From Octopus vulgaris (lineage: Eukaryota), in NCBI GenBank assembly GCA_951406725.2, contig OX597815.1:95790001-95854000 (forward strand): a stretch of DNA of 64,000 nucleotides. Direction: 5' to 3'. The stretch's first letter is position 1. The number at the start of each line of letters is the position of its first letter. The notes beneath the pieces were generated by a model that was not told the origin of the DNA, searched no databases, and was given only the letters and a program-made list of their open reading frames with translations. The translations under genes were made by a program, and so were the position numbers. Below, piece after piece: positions 55,377 to 64,000 of this stretch.

Positions 55377-57443
55377 TGAGAGAGTGAGAATCAGAGAAGC
55401 TGTATGTAGGTTGCACTTTTTCTCTATGTTCGGCTGTCATCAAAAATCAACATTATGATATTATGAAATGTGTATCTATACATTTTTTGCTATCGAAATG
55501 TCTCTTAAGTAACAGTTGACCTTATTTGGGAGCTTTTAACTAATTCTATCAATATATACATTATCAACTTTTTTTTTGTGAAAGGTTTGTTGCAATGTGT
55601 GCATTAACATAGTTCACAGTTGTTAATTGAATTGGAAATTATAAACATAATGTTTTCAAATGTGATCGAAGTCCATTGGATATCGACATTTATTCTGACT
55701 GTAAGCATTTTCATTGCGATTTAGCTACGTCGACCACATCTACGTCTTAAATTTCGCGCTATGTATGCTGAATATGATCTACATTATCTACAAACATTAT
55801 CCTTTTATTTCACAATATACATTCTTAAGAATGTACTACAACACTACTACTGAGAAATGTTACTCGATACAATATCATTTATTATCATATAATATATAAT
55901 ATAATTCGTAGCATGTTTGTAATTTCAATTTGTGTTCAAATAGATAAAGTAGTATATGAACAAGGGTTACGTCTAGAATATTGAGGAATATATAAGCAGA
56001 AGGTATACGAAAAATATCATCATGAATCCAAACGAGTGTAATGAGACAGTTACCATGGTTTTCTTTCTTCATTTGACAACGAATACAATCGTATTTCAAC
56101 GTAAGTGCGCAGGGACAGATTTATCACTAAGAACAAACTGATACAATTAGAACGGTGTGTAGATTATAGTTTTCGAAAATGAATACTGAACAAACATTTT
56201 GAAATTCTATGGATATTTGATATTTCAAGTTGAAAAGTTAAGGAGGACAATTAACATAGAAATCACACATTCTTAATGTCATTAATTCCAGGAAATCTTG
56301 TGCTTCCAGCTCCTGTTGTACAAGCGCATTTGTAGACTATTACTCAGTTCATTTATTTATGTAATTTAATTAGGCACATTACTTCAGTATAAAATCCGAT
56401 TTGAGATTCGGGATAGGTGCTTACAAAACGCTGGTGGATTATGTTACCTATCCTTAATCTAGCAATTAAATCATCTATTACCAAGCCCTATAAGTTTCAA
56501 TCGGTGAAGATGTGTTTTCGAAATTAATTTAAAATATATAAATAACTTACGATATTAAAGTTGCTATATCTAATGTCTTTATTTTTATTTTTCAAGATGG
56601 TAATAGGTGAATTTGAGACCTGCCTCTTAATTCCTATGTTGATCTACTGAGTGGCTCGTGTTCTTATGCGTATTTAAAATTGTGCATGAATCAGTTTTTG
56701 TTATTGTATTAGATAAATTGATAGAACACCGTGTCCACCCACAGTTCCACAGGTGTGCGTGTGTGGTGGGAAACGACATTAACTTAACAATACGGTCCCT
56801 CTTTTTCTTTTGTTTATTTTTCATTATTTCTCTTGTTCCTACTCTTAAATGAGCCCCTTCAATCAAAACCGTAAACTGAAAATTTAACTTTTCACTTAGT
56901 CCCGAAAGAAAACAGCTCTTTTTTTTTCTTTCTATTTTCCTTGAAAATATTTTCAACCGGAAACAATTTTGAAAATGAGTAAACGAATATTTAAGATTAT
57001 GTTTCAATTTGCATTTTTTTATTTATTATTTTATTCTTTTGAACATAATAACCACTGATTCCGGTGGCCGTTCTCTTTCCTCACTTTTGTTTCATTTTAA
57101 TGTCGTTCCTCAAAAACCACGATCTCCCTGTGAATATTCATATTTCTATATGCGTCAATACATTTAACGGGGTCAATAATAACTAATAAATATATTTGAA
57201 ACACATATCAAGATGCGTTACTACACCTACACAAGAAAGTATATTTAAGCGTTATCCCATCCAATTCAACATGATATATATTAGGCTAGATAGACAATTG
57301 GGTAAGAGAGCTTAGATAGCTTGATGAGCATACAATACCATCAAACTATAATATAGTTTGATGGTAATGTATATATGGTATTGTATATTGTATAATGGGT
57401 TTATATAGACAGATAGACCGTCATGGGTATGTTGAGAAAGTTG

Positions 57444-57503
<60 letters not shown>

Positions 57504-57660
57504 CATGTGTGGGGGTAGTTATTGGACAAACTCAGGTAGAAGGATAGATATATAATACGATGTTAAAAATGAAAAGTCGACGCAACCCATCAACAAAAAT
57601 ATGTGCTAACGAAGTAGCCTCTACACATTTGATACAGAACAGGCATCAAGTTTTACCCTC

Positions 57661-57711
<51 letters not shown>

Positions 57712-59520
57712 TATTATTATTATTAATACTAATAATTAACCGATATTTAATAATAGTAGATAGTAGTAGGAGCAAAGATGGCCGACATCATTTATTATGG
57801 GTATACTGTCGACATGTCTACAAAGGTTAGACACAACGATACAGATCAAAACACTATTGTTGGCAACTAACGATCAACAATGCTGTAATGGCAAAGTTAG
57901 AGTATCTGTAACGGTACTAATGACGGAGTTGACAATAGTGTCAGAGACACATCTAACACTGATTCCAATTACTTAGTTACTTGCTCTTTCGAAAGGACAC
58001 GAAACACTGATTCATACAAGAAAATGAAAACGTGTCAGCGTGACGGCACATCTAATCAGTGGTTTCCAAAATGTTCTACCTTAACGCAAAAAGGTTGGCA
58101 TTTTATAAATTTTATTTTTCCTTCCAAACATCAAGCAAAGGCGTATAGGAGGAGGTGACAACTGTGCATATGATGTTGATGTTTCTGATGAAGAAACAAG
58201 TTTAACAGAGTTTATGATAACAAACATGAAAAATCTAGGTTGGGTGCATAGTGGGAGAAGAAAAGTTTTCGTAGATTGCAATCGCATCTGTAAGATATAC
58301 TGAGAAAGTTTAAGGAGTATATCAAAATTCACATGTAAGTACTGGATATCTGTATGTTGGAACGGGAAAGTTACAAGATAGTAGATGTTGGGTAAAAGGA
58401 AATGGTTGGTGGTAGTATATGTAGGAGTTATAACCGGAGAAAAAACGTCGAAATGCACAGTGGAAATGTCGGTCTGCATCAACATATTGCGAAGTGTGGT
58501 TAATTATGTTGTGTGAAGAGGCAGAATATTTGATGCCATTGCATATCTAGACATGGTTATAGAAGGGCTGATGAAAAATTAATTTGAGTGGTTAAGCTGA
58601 GATGAAATAAATATAGAACTTAAAGTCAGTAAATTTGTAACAGGAGCTAAAATGCTGGAGTGTGCTATGCACTTAGACATCCACAAAATGAAAAGAAGTG
58701 TTGTACTTGGGAGATTGTGAAATCTATGGCAAACTGAATGAAAATGGACGTGGCCCCGATATAGTCGCGAAGGTTATTATATTTACATATAAAGCTCGTT
58801 TGTGGGTATATTGCCGGAAAAGTAGAAGTAGTTTAGTGTGAGTACGAATTCGGTAAGTAAATATTGTTTGATAAAGAGTTGCTAAGAAGTATTGACAATA
58901 TGTTCTCGTTCTTGAGTATACCTATGACTACATCAAAGCCCTCCTACAGAGCAAGCAATATCCCTTACAGCCAATATATCAAAGACTAATGGCATAAGTA
59001 ACCTTCTTTTCCTGTACAACACGGCATGATTTGAAAATTGTTTAACTGCTCATCCTTGTAAGTCGAATGAAAAAAATAAATAAATTCTACGGTCGCATAA
59101 TCTGTTTTGCCGATACTTAGTGAATGAAGCAAATGAATTATTGAAGAATTCTTCAAATGACAAATATATGTAATTGTTCATGGCATATATATTGACCCTC
59201 GATTCGACAGCACGAGTGCTGCAGTCTTTATTGCGATATAATTTACGATAATTATGCATTTTTTATAGATGTACTCAGCGAGAACTTGACAGTGATATAC
59301 ATATTAGGTAGTGTCCTTTCGCATTCGCACGCAGAACGCCGCACAAAATAAAAAAAGAAACATCAGTAGGAAACACATACATAAGCATACACAGCCAAAC
59401 AATCACACACGCACACGCACATACACATATGCATGTATGTATGTATGTATCTCTTATGATAAAAGACAGATGTTCTCTGCCTGTGACTATGTTTCTTTTT
59501 AATACAATTGTACAATATAG

Positions 59521-59941
59521 AATTTCTTCAATTGGAATTTACCTATGATTCTTCGAAGTAGATTCGATTGGGTCATGGCATATAAATATTTTTCAATTTG
59601 ACCCCCAATTAAGCAAAAATTCGAGAAAACTAAATATTTTACGATTTGCCTCTCTAATTTCAACTGCTTCACTCCTATTACCACACTTTCTCCTACTTTC
59701 TCTTTTCAAGTGTACCTTCAACCACTACTCAAAAAAATACACAGGAAACATAAACAAATAAATACATAATGATTTACTCTTCACTCAATTTCTTCAATTG
59801 GAATTTACCTATGATTTTTCGAAGTACATTCCATGGGTCATGACATATAAATTTCTTTCAATTTGACCCCCATTAAAGCAAAAATTCAAGAAAACTCAAT
59901 ATTTTACGATTTCCCTCTCTCATTTAAAATGCTTTACTCCT
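59521..59941 (+). repeat. Diverged ~155-bp direct repeat (59521-59675 and 59787-59941)
   Basis: Both copies start aatttcttcaattggaatttacctatgatt and remain alignable to ..actcct. Confidence 0.8.
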
Positions 59942-60659
59942 TGCAAACATATACATATATGACAGTGACAAACATAAATGTTTCAAACAAGTACATACAA
60001 ACACTCAAACACACACACACACTTGTGTGTTTGTTATTAGTAAAAAAGGTACCAAACACAATTCACTTCTCATTCGAACACATTTGCAAACACACACCAA
60101 CATTTCACTGACATATGGTGTGTAGATGCTAGCCGCTCACATTATGAGTTACACTATTACACCAATTGTACTTGGACTGTTGTCTACTTCCCGTTAGATT
60201 TTAGTGTGGAGGAAACAAAACTTTCTCGAGAAAGAACAAAAACAAAACACTCCAAGATTTCACAAAGGACTTTAAGAAATGATAAGAAGTAAGTTCAGAT
60301 GAAGAAAAGTGACGGATTTAAGGAAATCAGACGGTCGAATTGCCATAATAACTCAACAGAAAAGGTAAATTGGTTTTTAATTTACTTTCTGTCGCTAAGT
60401 TTTCGTAGTATTAATTTGCGAGCGTACTTCAGTTGTCAATTGTTGAAAGAAAGAAATTGTAAGCTAAGAAGCTGTGTGTGTGTGTGAGCGTGCGTGTGTG
60501 CGTGTGTGTCTGTGTGTGTGTCTGTGAGTGTGTGTGCGTGTAGGAAGTGAACGATAAAAATATGGCAAGAAGTGGACAAATGTACATATATACATCCATC
60601 CATCCATACATGTGTGTGTGTGTGTGTGTGTATGTATGTGTATTAATGTGTGTGTGTTA

Positions 60660-61050
60660 TCTCTCTCTATATAAAGCTGAAGTTGTCTGTGTGTGCCAGG
60701 TTTGGTAACCTTCAACTAACACTATCTCCTCCGAGGCCCTGCGGCGCAAGTTGACTACAATTGAGAGTATGATAGAGGAAGAGTTGCTCTTCCGTCCGGA
60801 GCAGATAAAATTCAAATCGGACCATGTTAACACCAAAAATTATTTATATCAAAAAGGTGCTTTTTTCTATGAAAATCCCTATTTTTTACGATTTTTTCAC
60901 TGCTGTGTCGCCACTTTTCGGTGTATTTCAACCAGAAAAATGTTCACTTGGAGAGAATAACAAGCTACATAATGCAAAATTTTTACTTTTCAAAAATTCC
61001 AATTCCAGCACGTCGAAACAAACCAGAGCAACGCCAGGCGATACTGCAAG
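60660..61050 (+). mobile_element. Non-autonomous Helitron-like element
   Basis: 5' TC..tatataaagctgaagttgtctgtgtgtg and 3' GC-rich gcaacgccaggcgatactgCAAG (degenerate CTAG), resembling the Lep1-type Helitron layout. Confidence 0.5.
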
Positions 61051-61189
61051 GGTATGGATATATGTGTGCATGGATGTATGTATTTACTTATGTATGTATG
61101 TATGTATGTATGTATGTATGTATGTATGTATGGATATATGTGTGTATGAATGTATGTATTTACTTATGTATGTATGTATGTACATATAT

Positions 61190-61234
<45 letters not shown>

Positions 61235-61237
61235 TAT

Positions 61238-61440
61238 TACAGAGATGTACTTGCATAGCAAGTGACCTGATCTGAGATCATGTGCGGGAACGAAAACAAT
61301 TGCAGCGTGGAAAGTGATTATAAGCCATTTAAGAAACACGCAAAAACCGTTAGATTCACTTCAACATTAAATTAAATTTGTCAAAATCTTTTCGAAGCTT
61401 TGAGACCGCGACCTGTTCACTGACAAAGTCCGTGCTGCAT
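61238..61440 (-). mobile_element. PLE-type 3'-end remnant in (AT)n with a G3-C8 hammerhead-like motif (61377-61427)
   Basis: Minus strand tttgtca-GTGAACA-g-gtcgc(loop)gcttc-GAAA-agat-TT-tgacaaa; homologue at 19175-19330. Confidence 0.6.
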
Positions 61441-62939
61441 ATATATATATATAACGAAAATTTAGATTCAGATGAATATGGTACTTAAGTTGAGGCACCA
61501 GAATTTAGTACGGTATTATCCACACAATTTCAAAGTAAGGGTATTAAAATCAAAATAAGCAACAAGGATATCCAGAGGTAATGCAGTACGATCGTTTTAT
61601 GCAACTCCATTTATTTGAACAATGCAATCTTTACATCAATTGAAAATGCTGAGCAATCTTCAGCTGCACAAAGACATTGAGTTTAATTACATTAGAACAG
61701 ATAGACATAATAGTATAATTATATCTAAACTCTCCAAGAAGTTAAGGGGATACACAAAGAGCATACTGCCCCAACTCCAGTTTAGAAGATGCTGAATTTT
61801 TCAAGCAGCTATACATTGTTACATACTCTGCCTGTCACTGATTTTTTTATGGGGTCAGTTTTAATTTATAGAATAGTTTATCAAATCCCTTGTATATCTA
61901 AGGCTGAGAGAACAGAGGGCAGTATCTGTTAGGGATAGGGCTAAGGAATGATATAGACACCATAGTTGGTATTGTCATAAAAGTCAAGTTTTATTAGAAG
62001 CAATATCATGAGGTTTGGTAAAGGAAAACTTAAAACAAGATATTAGCTGATAATTAAAGGGGTCGCACACTAGCAGACCATTGATAATGAAACACGGGAA
62101 GCCTTATCATGTAGTACTACAGTTAATTATTTTAAACAATGTTGCTATATTTTATACAGTTTAGGGTTATTCAAAGGATAATTAAAAAGAATATTATAAC
62201 AAAAAGATAGAAATCTATGAACACTTTTGAGTATATACCCAACTTTTACCACAATAGAGGGAGGAAAAGAAATTATCCAGAAATAGTTTAATATGCATAC
62301 TAGACTTAAATATTAACTCATCAGATATTGGTATTAATAAAGGAGTATTGAGGTAAAGGAACATGCTAATTATAATTATAATCTAAGCAGTAGTTCCTTT
62401 TATAAATATTGAATATACCAGTATAGTTTTATATAAGCTAAGTATGAATTTATAGAGATACAAAAATTAGATTAATTTTATAAATAAATAAAGTCTAAGT
62501 AGAAATAATAAAGAAATAAAATAAACTAATCAAGTAGGGCAGAACACCATAGAAAAAGGAAATAAATTGGCTTAATTACTAATACTATGGTAAAGTATAT
62601 GTAGCTTTATAACACCAATAGATAAGATTTTTAGAAAAATTATAATAATTCAAAATATATCAGACTAAAAATTATATGTTTACATATTTTGCTAATATCA
62701 ATAAAAGACTGATGTCTGATATCGGATAAAAGGATATTTAGGGTAGAGCATCAGAGAAAAGGAATAAAAACAGCCTAATCACTAAAAACCATAATAAAAT
62801 ATCCATATCTTATTAATTTCAATAGCAAGTATATATATAAAATGTATAATAATTTAAGTTTTATGAGCTACAAATTGTTAATTAACTTATTTAGCGTATT
62901 ATAATCAGAACTGAAACCCGGTATCGGTTAAAATAATAA

Positions 62940-64000
62940 CGCTGGTCAACAAAGTGAAACTATTTTTAATCATCAGAGTTGCTGATTGACTTTTCTGGGT
63001 TAATGTTTGATGCTGATTACAAATCTGGAATCCGAATTCATCTATCAGGTCAAATTTTCATGTTAATGATACTTGCTGTTTTAACTTATAGGATACGTAA
63101 AGAATGTCTATATAAAATATATTGAACAAAAGATACGATAATTTCATTAAAGTTATTGTGTACAAAAAAGTTAGAATACACTCAAATGCATAACAACTTA
63201 AAATCTTTGAGGTTTGGACATTCTATGGCGTTTTATCTCAGGTTCATCCCTGTATAACATCCGCTAACATTCCAACTAAACTCTAGAGATCTCACAGAGC
63301 CATTTGAAGGATTCCCAGGCTTTAAGCTCAGTCTCATCAAGTGCTGTGAAGAAGTGGTTGTCCTTCAGGAGTTCTTTTATGTGCGGACCTATGAATACGT
63401 CCTCCTTCAGTTTTACCTCGGTGATTTTTGGAAATTTGACCTTCAAGTATTCAAAACCTTTTGAGCTTTTTCTGGCAAGTGTCTTCACAAATTGTTTTAT
63501 GAGGCCAAGCTTTATGTGAAGAGGGGAAGAACATTTTTGGGGGTTAAAAGTGGCTTATTCTGGACGCTAGAGACTCCCGGCTCATCTGATTTTCGCTAAT
63601 TCCACTCTGATTGCACATAGTGCTTGCTAGTTGCATGACTGTCCCATAGGCATAAAATGCAACAATATTTAATGAACCCAGATTGCATTCCCATCAACAT
63701 CCAGTCAAGTCTCCACATATTTTCCAGCTGTAGTTTGTATACTTTATGGCATTGAGGAGTAATGAAACGATGCTCATATGCATGCAAAGACCAACTCTTA
63801 ATCAATCGCATGATGCTTAAGAAGTGTCATAACAACTGCAGAAAATCTTAGTTTCGAATGGATTGATCATAGATCTTGAAATCGCTGGATATCTTCAAAA
63901 TTTCTCCTGTGATTTCTAACTCCCTGAAGCACACGCCAATGTGGAATATCATACTTCAATTATACCACAATAATGGAGTACTAACCACAAAAAATATTTA
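62940..64000 (-). mobile_element. Chapaev3-like (CMC) DNA transposon remnant, running off the window
   Basis: GMQSGFIKYCCILCLWDSHATSKHY, PLHIKLGLIKQFVKTL..FEYLKVKFPKI..FIGPHIKELLKD, MLAD; TIR-like cgctggtcaacaaa at 62940. Family assignment is from remembered motifs. Confidence 0.65.

Noticed and set aside
57750-58950. Possible very old RT-like remnant
   Set aside because: Only a vague AYDV-like motif; insufficient support.

Overview
AT-rich, microsatellite-dense animal genomic DNA with no recognisable host gene or exon. The tRNA-derived SINEs and (AT)n/(GT)n landscape suggest an octopus or other coleoid cephalopod (inference). Most ORF-track entries are translated simple repeats. The real content is mobile DNA: decayed LINEs (L1/Tx1-like, RTE-like, CR1/L2-like), mariner copies (one near full length with TIRs), a Chapaev3-like remnant, a small Helitron-like element, SINEs and many Penelope-like element (PLE) derivatives. 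The striking feature is a recurring architecture: head-to-head inverted duplications, mostly inside (AT)n tracts, whose arms end in minimal type I hammerhead ribozyme (HHR) motifs. Examples are a 5.7-kb palindrome of an RT + GIY-YIG PLE (34315-40024), an adjacent 4.75-kb non-coding palindrome (40194-44949), a ~480-bp tandem-plus-inverted HHR array (8549-10125), and smaller or older versions (17803-18080, 20660-21345, 30913-31140, 31975-33015). In several, one arm carries an extra 3' tail while the other extends further 5'. The HHR motifs include C3-G8, U3-A8 and G3-C8 core variants. All alignments and folds were read by eye; boundaries are approximate.
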